The position numbers were made by a program, and so were the translations under genes. From a bacterium (GTDB lineage: Bacteria; Bdellovibrionota_C; UBA2361; OMII01): a stretch of 64,000 bases of DNA. A model generated the notes under the pieces. The model had not been told where the DNA came from and made no database searches. It saw only the letters and a program-made list of their open reading frames with translations. Position 1 is the first letter of the stretch. The number at the start of each line of letters is the position of its first letter. Below, piece by piece: positions 21,182 to 30,046 of the stretch. Location: contig JAFMIS010000001.1 in assembly GCA_017853915.1 (NCBI GenBank), positions 2,010-66,009 on the forward strand, given 5' to 3'.

Positions 21182-22078
21182 ATGCGGCTTTCGCCTCACA
21201 CCCTCAAACTACTCGATGCCTTGGCGCTTCGCTCCAGGCGATCATTTTATGGTATGCGACAGGGCGCTCACCGCTCGCAGCGCCGCGGCCACGGGGTGGA
21301 ATTCGCTGAGTATCGAAATTACGAGTTAGGAGACAACCCACGGGCGATTGATTGGAACCTCTTTAGCCGTAGCGACAAGCTCTACGTGAAGCGTTATTTG
21401 GAGGAGGAGAACGTTGAGCTTTATATCATCCTTGATGGATCGAGGTCTCTCACCCACACTTCACTACGCCTTAAATGGGATCTGGCGACCCGCATCGCCG
21501 CCTGCGCCTCGTATATCGCTCTCGCTACTCAGGATCCCGTCACCATCGCCGTGCTCGGTGGCCCAAACAGCACCAGTTACTGGGGCGGCCGCGCGTTCGC
21601 TCCATTGCTTCAGTTCCTCAACGCCGCGACAGAGTATGTCGTGTCGGATGCCCCAGAGAATATCGATGTTGTCGACGAGGCTCGGCGCGCGGCAACCCGA
21701 ACTCGCTTTCCTGGAATATGTCTCGTGATATCGGATTTTCTTTTTCCAACCCCCTCTATCGCGGCAACTCTCGCTAGCTTCCGGGCGCGAAACATGGAGA
21801 TTCACGCTATTCAAGTGTTAGGCCCACTCGACTCAACCCTCACTAATCTCGAGGGATCCTCGGCGTGTCTGGATAGCGAAACCGGTGAGGCTCGTGGAAT
21901 TGAGATCTCGGGGGCAGCCGAAGAAACGTACTCGCGACTCCTTGTAGAGCACAATGAGGCCCTGCGAAGCCATTGCCTCTCAAACCAGATATCGTATGTC
22001 TCGACCACCCTTACCGATGACGTTCAGCTTGAGGACGTGGCTATCGACACCATTAAGCGGATGGGTCTCTTCGTATGA
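21182..22078 (+). CDS. DUF58 family protein (MoxR-associated, VWA-like)
   Basis: DUF58 hallmark (EFAEYRNYELGDNPRAIDW, LYVKRYLEEEN). The ORF is annotated from 21137, but the Met at 21182 avoids overlap with moxR. Confidence 0.85.
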   Translation: MRLSPHTLKLLDALALRSRRSFYGMRQGAHRSQRRGHGVEFAEYRNYELGDNPRAIDWNLFSRSDKLYVKRYLEEENVELYIILDGSRSLTHTSLRLKWDLATRIAACASYIALATQDPVTIAVLGGPNSTSYWGGRAFAPLLQFLNAATEYVVSDAPENIDVVDEARRAATRTRFPGICLVISDFLFPTPSIAATLASFRARNMEIHAIQVLGPLDSTLTNLEGSSACLDSETGEARGIEISGAAEETYSRLLVEHNEALRSHCLSNQISYVSTTLTDDVQLEDVAIDTIKRMGLFV

Positions 22079-23928
22079 TTACCATCTTCGGATCAACCAT
22101 CGGAGCTATCTTTCCACTGCTCCTCACAGCGATCCCTCTTGGAGTTGGACTGCTCGTGTATATATTCCGACGCAGGGGCCTCAACGCGCCGCGAGTGGTC
22201 TCTACTTTTTTTCTCCTCGCGAAACTTCCCCAGCGCCTCACCGCCCGGCGGTCATTTGTTCCTCCGCTTCAATTTTGGTTAGAGCTCCTCATTCTCTCTT
22301 TTCTCGCCCTCGCGGCAGCGGGCCTATTCCTTTCGAGCAGCACTTCCCGAATAGTCGTGGTGATCGATTCTTCCAAGAGCATGGCGAGTCTCTCCAGGGA
22401 TGGAGAATCACGCCTTCAAACAGCGAAGCGTCTCGCCCGACTTGATATTACCCTCGACAGCGCCACCTCTCGTTTTACCGTTTTCGCCGCTCATAACGGA
22501 CTGGTTCCCATCTCCACGCCACGCGTCTCGGCGCCAGCCGCTCTTGAGTCCCTCGGATCTCTCCCGCAAAGCTTCCATTCTGACAACCTAACGTCGGCGA
22601 TCGCGCCGCTCATCGCTTCTCCCGAGTACGACGCTGTCTGGATCTATACAGATAAAGTGGTTGCTACCCCATCCTCACCAAGCGCCTTACGAGTAGTATC
22701 TATTCCGCACAACTCAGAGAATCTAACGAATGTTTGGATTCGCTCGCTCGAGGCTACGGCATCACCAAATGGATCATCAATTGGAGCCGAGGTTGTATCC
22801 TCAAGTCCGGCGCCTCTGCGTATAGACGTATCTGCATCGTGTGTCACCTCGGACTCTTCGCGCGCGACTCCGATTGGGCCCGTATCTGTGTCACTCGCCC
22901 CAAAACAATCTACCCTTGTGATACTCGCTCCTCTCCCTGAAGCGTGGAGCCACTGCAAGGTTTCCGCCTCTCCTCACGACGCGTCTCAAACAGACGCCCT
23001 CGCGCTTGACAACGACGCATGGATAGCCCGCCCCTCTAAGGATGACTCCGTTGTGCTCGCCAGCGCGCTTTCCGGGCCTCAACTTGGCCTCAACGCCCTC
23101 CCCGGGCTAACCCTCCGCTCCCGACAACCAACTGAGAACCTCTCGGATCAGCGCGCGATATATCACCGAGTATCACCAGCTTCGATCCCCCACGCCCCCT
23201 CGCTCGTAGTTTTTCCTCCTCCGGGCGCGCTCGCGTGGTCCGGGGCCACCGTCGCTCAGCCCGCGCACTCCGACTCTCCTGTCACGCGCTGGGCGGAATC
23301 TCACCCGCTGCTGCGCTACGTGCAACCGGCTCTCCTTGTTATTCCTGAGTACTCCCTGCTTGAGTGCCCCGACTCCGCGACGCCGATTTTATTCTCTCCG
23401 CGTGGAGCCATCGCCTGCGCCGGCGAAGAGCAGGGAGCCAGATATGTAATCACTGGGTTCGAGCTTTTTCCATTCGATGGCATCCGCTCCGCGACGTTGA
23501 GTGTTCTCACCCTCAACATGATTCGCTGGCTTTTTGATGATGTAGCCGGAGGCTCTCGCCAAGGATCTCTTGGCGCCGCTACGCTCCCGGCCACCATATC
23601 CTCAGCCAGCATGGTAGCGCCTACCACGCGAGAATTAACGTTGACCGGTAGGTCGGTGTCGATCGATGAGCCTGGCGTTGTTGCCTTCACCTCAAACTCG
23701 GGCACGCTAAATACCGCAACGCTTCGGGCCTTCAACGCCTTCTCAGATTCGGAATCAGAGATATCGAACGTCTCGACGTTGGAGCTCTCGAATGTGCCCG
23801 CGAGGAACAGCTCATCAAAACGTGAAGATATTCCACTTGAAAGGCTCCTTGCCGCCGCTGCCCTTGTCCTCTTATGTCTCGATCTCATCCGTCGCCTGCG
23901 AAGTCGCTCTGTGTGGGGCCGTATATGA
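22075..23928 (+). CDS. BatA-like membrane protein with von Willebrand factor A domain
   Basis: N-terminal double-TM region typical of BatA, VWA MIDAS motif VVVIDSSKSMAS, 617 aa, start overlaps DUF58 stop. Confidence 0.75.
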   Translation: MITIFGSTIGAIFPLLLTAIPLGVGLLVYIFRRRGLNAPRVVSTFFLLAKLPQRLTARRSFVPPLQFWLELLILSFLALAAAGLFLSSSTSRIVVVIDSSKSMASLSRDGESRLQTAKRLARLDITLDSATSRFTVFAAHNGLVPISTPRVSAPAALESLGSLPQSFHSDNLTSAIAPLIASPEYDAVWIYTDKVVATPSSPSALRVVSIPHNSENLTNVWIRSLEATASPNGSSIGAEVVSSSPAPLRIDVSASCVTSDSSRATPIGPVSVSLAPKQSTLVILAPLPEAWSHCKVSASPHDASQTDALALDNDAWIARPSKDDSVVLASALSGPQLGLNALPGLTLRSRQPTENLSDQRAIYHRVSPASIPHAPSLVVFPPPGALAWSGATVAQPAHSDSPVTRWAESHPLLRYVQPALLVIPEYSLLECPDSATPILFSPRGAIACAGEEQGARYVITGFELFPFDGIRSATLSVLTLNMIRWLFDDVAGGSRQGSLGAATLPATISSASMVAPTTRELTLTGRSVSIDEPGVVAFTSNSGTLNTATLRAFNAFSDSESEISNVSTLELSNVPARNSSSKREDIPLERLLAAAALVLLCLDLIRRLRSRSVWGRI

Positions 23929-26507
23929 GGTTACTTAATCCATCGCTGATCCTACTTACCCTACCGATTTTCATCGCAATAGGATGGACTCTTAGGAAGC
24001 GCTCAGCGCGAGACCTGCGCTCCATCATCGCGGCTATGTTCCGCGCCCTGACGTGCACAGCGGTTGTGATAGCTCTCGCTGGACCGTTTAGACAACATGA
24101 ACGTCCCGCCGACACACTTATCGCGCTCCTCGATGTTTCAGCGAGTATATCTCAACGCCAAGGCGAGGAGCTTCTTTCGAAGGCACACGGATTGGCGCGA
24201 GCGCTCGGCGTTCCTCTCTCTATCGTGCCGTTCGCGAAAAATGTCGGAACAGCGGCGATTCCTAGCCAATCAAGCGATAGTTACTCCGCGATCAGGCAAA
24301 GCTGGGAGAAGCTCGATTCGGGTGGCTCAAATCTTGAGAAGGCTCTTCTTTTTCCAGAGACGCAGTCGGTTGCGCTACTCCTATCTGATGGATATGAGAC
24401 CGTCGGCAAGGCTACCAACGCGACAGGATTGTCTCGACGCGCGCTCTTTCCTCTGACTGCTCCCGGGGAATCGAGCGATGAAGAGATCTCCGTATCCCAG
24501 CTACGGGCGCCACTTACGGTAAAAGCCCAAAAAAGTGTCGACATACGGGCAACCGTTACAAATCGTCGCGCCACCCCGCAAAATGGGACACTTGAGCTCT
24601 CGCACGGCGACAAAGTTATCATGACCCGAGCGGTTACGATCCCAGCTCAGCAAGACCTCTCTGTCATCGCCCAGAGCGATCCGGCTCTTGAGGGCCTCCA
24701 TACTATACAAGCCACATTTTCATGGCGTGACAGCTCGGGTGAGCACGCTTCGACACGCGCTATTTGGCTCTCCGGAGAGAAGCGAGATCGTGTCCTCGTG
24801 CTATCCGGGCTCGCTGAAGATGAGCGCTACCTCGCGCAGATTCTCAAGTCGCAGAGTTACCAACTCCAAACACTGCAAGCGGGCGCGTCGTTTGACTCGA
24901 ACATTCATTCCTCTGATTTCCGAGCAATCATACTGAATAATATATCGTATAGTGACCTCCCAAACTCCCTGAGAACATCGCTGGGAAGCTACGTTCGCGG
25001 TGGTGGCGGTCTGGTGATGATCGGTGGAAATCGCAGCTTCGGCCTCGGAGGCTACATCGGTTCAGCGATTGAGGAGCTTCTCCCGGTGCGCCTCGTTCAG
25101 CCGCACCAAGAGAAAAAACGCCTCAATCTCGCGGTGCAGCTTGTTATCGACAAATCTCGCAGCATGTCTACCGACAATCGACTTGAGTTTGCCAAGGCCG
25201 CCGCAGAGGAGGTTGTTCGATCTTTGAAGGATGATGATTACCTTGGTGTGATCGGTTTTGATGACGTTCCTTTCATCGCTCTCCCGATCTCGCAGGTACG
25301 ATCCGTGCGAGATTCCGCGCTGACTCGAATAAGCCGCCTCTTCCCGACTAGCCGTACCAACCTCTATCCAGCGCTCGATGAGGCTCGGCGAGGTCTTGCT
25401 CGGGTCAACGCTGGAAGAAAGCACGCCATAGTGCTCACGGATGGCAAGCTTCCCGATCCCGGTCCGTACTACTTTGAGCTGATTAAGCAGATGAGGCTGC
25501 TCGGGATCACCGTCTCAACGGTTATGGTCGGCTCGGATGCTGACGATGGATTCCTGGCTCGTATGGCTGAGAGTGGGGGTGGAGCTTTCTATCAGACGAC
25601 CGATCCTAGTAATCTCCCCAAAGTATTTCTCTCGGATATCAAGGTCGCCAGTGGAGAGAAAACGTTGAAAGAGGAGCCGGATCTACCTGTGAGAGCTGGT
25701 CCCGATCCTCGCGTTTCGACCGACATCGCCTCGTTTCCACCACTGCGTGGATTCGTCGAGACGCTCCAGCGAGATTCGGCAAAGACAGAGCTCGTCATTA
25801 CTGACACTGAGGGCACATATCCACTGCTGGCCTCCTGGTCAGTGGGGCAGGGGAGAGTACTCGCCTTTACCTCTGATGCTAACGGCCGGTGGTCAGCGCC
25901 CTGGATGCGATGGGAGCGTATTCAGGAGTTTTGGTCCGATCTGATCGAGTCATCACGAAAAAAACGCGCCGCGAAGGAGATCGATATCCCTTTTGAGCTT
26001 CGCTCGTGGGTTGAGGGAGATGAGGCCATAATTGATCTCTCGCTTTTTGAGGAATTTGGTGGCGGAGAAGTTAAAGCAAAGATCGTGTCACCAACCGGAG
26101 ATGCCACAACCGTCTCGTTCTCTGAGATCAAGCGCGGGCACTTCCAGGCACGCCTCCCTCAAGCGACCGCGGGCACATACCGCGCCACCCTCGTGCTCGG
26201 CGAAGCGACACTTCCTGAGGTCGCCTGGAACCTCTCAGGTGAGCTTTTTGGAGAACGTTCATACCGCAAGCCAAACCTTTCGCTCCTAAGCGAGCTTGCC
26301 TCCGCGTCTGGTGGAAAACTTGATCCATCGAGCGAGGACCTTAAACCGCTCCTCAAACAAACAAGCGACATGGAGCCCTTAGGCCGTTTATTCCTTATGT
26401 TTGCCCTGGTCACGATGCTAGCCGAGATCGCTCTTCGAGCCCTCAAGCCTAAACGCGCTCGCTACTCGTACACAACGGCGACGACAGACCAACGACGCGC
26501 AGCGTAG
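23874..26507 (+). CDS. BatB-like large VWA-domain membrane protein
   Basis: N-terminal TM helices, central VWA with MIDAS LVIDKSRSMST, C-terminal TM. The likely real start is the ATG at 23925, giving an ATGA overlap with the upstream stop and suggesting translational coupling. Confidence 0.75.
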   Translation: MSRSHPSPAKSLCVGPYMRLLNPSLILLTLPIFIAIGWTLRKRSARDLRSIIAAMFRALTCTAVVIALAGPFRQHERPADTLIALLDVSASISQRQGEELLSKAHGLARALGVPLSIVPFAKNVGTAAIPSQSSDSYSAIRQSWEKLDSGGSNLEKALLFPETQSVALLLSDGYETVGKATNATGLSRRALFPLTAPGESSDEEISVSQLRAPLTVKAQKSVDIRATVTNRRATPQNGTLELSHGDKVIMTRAVTIPAQQDLSVIAQSDPALEGLHTIQATFSWRDSSGEHASTRAIWLSGEKRDRVLVLSGLAEDERYLAQILKSQSYQLQTLQAGASFDSNIHSSDFRAIILNNISYSDLPNSLRTSLGSYVRGGGGLVMIGGNRSFGLGGYIGSAIEELLPVRLVQPHQEKKRLNLAVQLVIDKSRSMSTDNRLEFAKAAAEEVVRSLKDDDYLGVIGFDDVPFIALPISQVRSVRDSALTRISRLFPTSRTNLYPALDEARRGLARVNAGRKHAIVLTDGKLPDPGPYYFELIKQMRLLGITVSTVMVGSDADDGFLARMAESGGGAFYQTTDPSNLPKVFLSDIKVASGEKTLKEEPDLPVRAGPDPRVSTDIASFPPLRGFVETLQRDSAKTELVITDTEGTYPLLASWSVGQGRVLAFTSDANGRWSAPWMRWERIQEFWSDLIESSRKKRAAKEIDIPFELRSWVEGDEAIIDLSLFEEFGGGEVKAKIVSPTGDATTVSFSEIKRGHFQARLPQATAGTYRATLVLGEATLPEVAWNLSGELFGERSYRKPNLSLLSELASASGGKLDPSSEDLKPLLKQTSDMEPLGRLFLMFALVTMLAEIALRALKPKRARYSYTTATTDQRRAA

Positions 26508-28003
26508 GGTGCGGCGCGTCCTAGCTCTCTCCAACCTGCAGGAAGAGCGCTGAGATCCTCCTCTCGGACCAGAAAGACTCGGCCGATCTCGGGGCGTATC
26601 GACGACGCGTTCTGTTCCCCGCGTAGATCAGGCTTCAAGCTCTGGCGGTAGATTCCCTCCACATTAAAGCGTCCTTGGACTGGATTTGAACGTCCAGAGA
26701 TGGAATTTCCAACCACGCTAAAAGATTGATAGCTCTCACGTAGTCGCTCGGTAAGCAGATCCAGCTCTAGTCTCTCAGTATCATCCCTGACTACCCGCGT
26801 GTGACGCTCTAGAGCGCGCGAAAAATGGGCTATTGATACGCCACTAGGAATCAAAATCAGAAGAGAAAGCATTACCCATCGCGCAAGCGCCCACGCGACG
26901 CGCTCACGTATCTCGCGCGCGAGGTAAAGGGTGCCGAACACGGCCACCATACAGGTAAAAGGTAGAAATGGATTGAGGTACCACGGCACTCGCGACGCTG
27001 AGCAGGAATACAGAACTACCGGCGCAAAACTCCACACCAATATAAAACGATATCGGGCATCACGGCGCGCTCCAAGGCATGCTCCCACACAGCCCACCAG
27101 CAAGAGAAGATGGGGAGCGGCAGCACCGCGAACAAAGAGATACCATCCATAGAAGCCGGGCCTTCCTGTATTGTGACCCGTAAAACCCTCTACGGCGCGA
27201 TCGATTATCTCAACGCCCAAGAATGTTTTCAGCGCCTCAACACCGCCCGCGACCACGAGAACCATCAGATACCCAGCAAACACAATGAAGGGAATAAGAA
27301 GGAAGAGCGCCTGCTTCGTTCTCAGTCGAGCCACGCGTGCCACCCCGATAGCCATCGCGGCGCATCCAAGAGGCACAAATCCTGCCACGCTCTTTGTCAG
27401 CACACCCAAGCTGGATAACACCCCGATAGTAAGCAACCTGCTTGCTTGCTCTGTGCGGTCTCCGCCCTCCTCAATCTCCCGCCACGAAAACCACGCGATT
27501 CCCAGCGTCAAAACCGTCAACAAACCATCGAGCACTACCGTTCGAAAACTGTGGTGAGAGATCATCCATTCCGGCATACCCAGTGTTAGCAATCCCACTG
27601 AGCATGCGGCCACAAACGACCCAAATATCCGAAACGCCAGTGCCACCGTCAGGGCAACAGCGAGGCATCCTAGAAGAGCATCGAGCAGCCGATAACTAAG
27701 ATTACTCTCGCCGAAGACAAGCGGCGCCACGGCATTAAGCCAGAGCTTTAACGGGGGTTTCTCGAAAGAAAGTGAATTGCCATGTCGCAGAGGAAACCAC
27801 GATCCATCATGTAGGATCCCCTGAGTAACACGAACATAGATAACCTCATCAGAGGCCACCGAGATCGAGTGCTCTCCCGCGTTCCCGACAAAGAGCCCAA
27901 GAGACAGCAATGACAGGACAACCGCCCCAACCACGCACACCAACGTGTGACCGACCCGGTGTAGTTTACGATCTGCCGCTCCCATGTCCCTCATCGTGCC
28001 CAA
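26462..28003 (-). CDS. polytopic membrane glycosyltransferase (GT39/GT83, ArnT/PMT-like)
   Basis: 513 aa with more than 10 predicted TM helices and an N-terminal loop region resembling ArnT/PMT family transferases. The family call is tentative. Confidence 0.6.
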   Translation of the reverse strand: MGTMRDMGAADRKLHRVGHTLVCVVGAVVLSLLSLGLFVGNAGEHSISVASDEVIYVRVTQGILHDGSWFPLRHGNSLSFEKPPLKLWLNAVAPLVFGESNLSYRLLDALLGCLAVALTVALAFRIFGSFVAACSVGLLTLGMPEWMISHHSFRTVVLDGLLTVLTLGIAWFSWREIEEGGDRTEQASRLLTIGVLSSLGVLTKSVAGFVPLGCAAMAIGVARVARLRTKQALFLLIPFIVFAGYLMVLVVAGGVEALKTFLGVEIIDRAVEGFTGHNTGRPGFYGWYLFVRGAAAPHLLLLVGCVGACLGARRDARYRFILVWSFAPVVLYSCSASRVPWYLNPFLPFTCMVAVFGTLYLAREIRERVAWALARWVMLSLLILIPSGVSIAHFSRALERHTRVVRDDTERLELDLLTERLRESYQSFSVVGNSISGRSNPVQGRFNVEGIYRQSLKPDLRGEQNASSIRPEIGRVFLVREEDLSALPAGWRELGRAAPYAARRWSVVAVVYE

Positions 28004-28078
28004 AGCTAATCACGGCGTCCATCCATCCTGACAGTAAAATTTCTTTTCTATCGAGGCCCCAGATAGGGTACAACGGTA

Positions 28079-28771
28079 GTGAGTGGCAGCAGAGAAACCC
28101 TCTTTCGTATAGGACGCTCCATGCAGAAACCTTTCACTATTTACTTCGCTGGCGAACTTTTCTCCATGAAACACCTGGTGGGGAACGCGCTCCTTGCGGA
28201 CGCTCTCCTGAGAGGCTCTCGTGGCACCTATCGTTGTTTTGTTCCTCAAGACCACGAACAGCGGGAGACGACTCCTACCGCGATCCGCAATCAAGATCTT
28301 TTTCATGTCGCCTCAAGTGATCTTGGGCTCTTTCATTTTGATGGTCCGGAGCTCGATTCGGGCACCGTGGTGGAGTTTGTAGTCGCCAAGATGCTCGATA
28401 TTCCCTCTGTTATTCTACGCTCCGATTTTCGGCTCGGTGGAGACGCCCGCACCCTGCCGTGGAACCTCATGGTAGCCGACTACCCACGAACAGAGGTCCT
28501 GCTCCTTGATAGCATCAGCCTCTACCAGCGCGGATTACATCAGGAGGGCCTCTCCCCAACCGACGCGGCCCTCACCGCGACCTCCCAGTTGGCTGACATG
28601 GTGATAGCGGCGCTCGACAAAGTTCGGGTCACGCCACCTCTACTGACTCCCGCGCAGAAACGCTCGGCATATGAACTCCTGCAAGTGATGGCTGGAGGAA
28701 ATTTTGATAAGCTTCTCACCGCTCAGAAGATTGAGTCGCTCATATCCTCGAAACTGGAGCGCGGACTATGA
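28079..28771 (+). CDS. nucleoside 2-deoxyribosyltransferase / Rcl (DNPH1)-like protein
   Basis: FTIYFAGELFS near the N-terminus and QDLFHV..SDLGLFHFDGPELDSGTVVEF resemble the YFxG ... D..E.G core of the NDT/Rcl Rossmann-like fold. It carries a C-terminal extension of about 80 aa. Its stop overlaps the ribokinase start (ATGA). Confidence 0.55.
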   Translation: MSGSRETLFRIGRSMQKPFTIYFAGELFSMKHLVGNALLADALLRGSRGTYRCFVPQDHEQRETTPTAIRNQDLFHVASSDLGLFHFDGPELDSGTVVEFVVAKMLDIPSVILRSDFRLGGDARTLPWNLMVADYPRTEVLLLDSISLYQRGLHQEGLSPTDAALTATSQLADMVIAALDKVRVTPPLLTPAQKRSAYELLQVMAGGNFDKLLTAQKIESLISSKLERGL

Positions 28772-29760
28772 AGAACGCTCGTATAGCGGTGCTCGGAAGT
28801 TTTGTGCAGGACCTCGCGTTCTCCGTTGACTCCTTCCCGCAGCCTGGAGCCACCCGAATCGGCCGATTTTTCACTGGGCCAGGAGGCAAGGGATCAAACC
28901 AGGCAGTAGCTGCCCATCGCCAAGGAGTCGAAACTCTTTTTATTGGCGCCGTCGGTGACGATCTGTTCGGTCAAGGGTACAAAGAGTGGTCCTCTCGCGA
29001 GGGGCTCTCCACTTCTCTTGAAACCTTGCGCGATTACCCTACGGGAGCAGCGTCCATCGTGGTCAACGCCCGGGCAGAGAACGCCATCGTCGTAGCGCTC
29101 GGCGCGAACGAGCACCTTACTCCCACGCACACCATAACGGCACTCAACTCGATTGCGAACCCCTCAGTCCTTCTCCTCCAAGCTGAGAGTAGTCTCGAAT
29201 CAGCTGAAGCGGCTCTTCGTTGGGCTCGCGAGCGAGGGGTGCTCTCGATCTTTAATCCAGCTCCGATAAACCCTGATATATCGATCGAATTACTAACCTT
29301 AGCTGACTGCATCACGCCCAACGAAACCGAAGCGGCGTATCTCCTGGAGCGTGTGTCAGGACGGACGTACTCTGAGGATTTTACAAAGCTCTCAGATCAA
29401 TCGATTCGAGAGATCTGTGAGCCACTTCCCTCAGCCACCATTGTGCTGACTCTGGGTGGCGCGGGCTCTCTTCTCTACCAACGTGGCGAACCACACAAAG
29501 CTATGCGAGGTGTCCAAAAGGGTGAGATTGTGAGGACCGAGAGTTTGTCAGTCAACGCGATTGATACAACGGGAGCGGGTGACGCCTTTAACGGCGGCCT
29601 GGCTGCCGGCCTAGCCCGCTTTGAGGGTGATGTTCGCAAGGCGTTGCGGTACGCGACAGTGGTTGCTGGACTCTCAACCACACGACCAGGCACTGCGCCG
29701 GCGATGCCACAGTTTAATGAAGTAGAGGACTATAAAACATTTTACGAAAAAGGAGCGTAG
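28768..29760 (+). CDS. rbsK: ribokinase (PfkB family carbohydrate kinase)
   Basis: N-terminal IAVLGS..D, C-terminal DTTGAGDAFNGGLAAGL anion-hole/ATP motif typical of ribokinase. Confidence 0.85.
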   Translation: MKNARIAVLGSFVQDLAFSVDSFPQPGATRIGRFFTGPGGKGSNQAVAAHRQGVETLFIGAVGDDLFGQGYKEWSSREGLSTSLETLRDYPTGAASIVVNARAENAIVVALGANEHLTPTHTITALNSIANPSVLLLQAESSLESAEAALRWARERGVLSIFNPAPINPDISIELLTLADCITPNETEAAYLLERVSGRTYSEDFTKLSDQSIREICEPLPSATIVLTLGGAGSLLYQRGEPHKAMRGVQKGEIVRTESLSVNAIDTTGAGDAFNGGLAAGLARFEGDVRKALRYATVVAGLSTTRPGTAPAMPQFNEVEDYKTFYEKGA

Positions 29761-29764
29761 TCGT

Positions 29765-30040
29765 ATGCCATATATCTCGCGCAAAGATCGGAAACAGTAC
29801 CAAGAGGTTCTTAACTCTCTGGCTGAGATCATTCCAAAGGACCGCATGCTACGGCCAGGACATATGAATTACATCGTGAGCCTTTTAATTGAGAAGGTAT
29901 ACGGGTCTGAGATGCGGTACGCTGACCATAACGAGGTCATGGGATTTCTGACGTGCATCGCTCAGGAGTTCTACCGTAGAAAAACCTCTCCCTACGAAGA
30001 CATTAAAATCACAGAGGAGGGGGATCTTACGGATCTCTAA
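29765..30040 (+). CDS. hypothetical 91-aa protein
   Basis: ORF 4 nt after rbsK on the same strand; it looks AT-richer than its neighbours; no family recognised. Confidence 0.4.
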   Translation: MPYISRKDRKQYQEVLNSLAEIIPKDRMLRPGHMNYIVSLLIEKVYGSEMRYADHNEVMGFLTCIAQEFYRRKTSPYEDIKITEEGDLTDL

Positions 30041-30046
30041 GCGACC

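Noticed and set aside
26508-28003. Several plus-strand ORFs (26931-27152, 27110-27418, 27285-27557, 27442-27699) opposite the membrane glycosyltransferase
   Set aside because: They are antisense to a 513-aa polytopic membrane protein with a consistent hydrophobic periodicity. The antisense products are Arg/Pro-rich low-complexity, typical of spurious frames.
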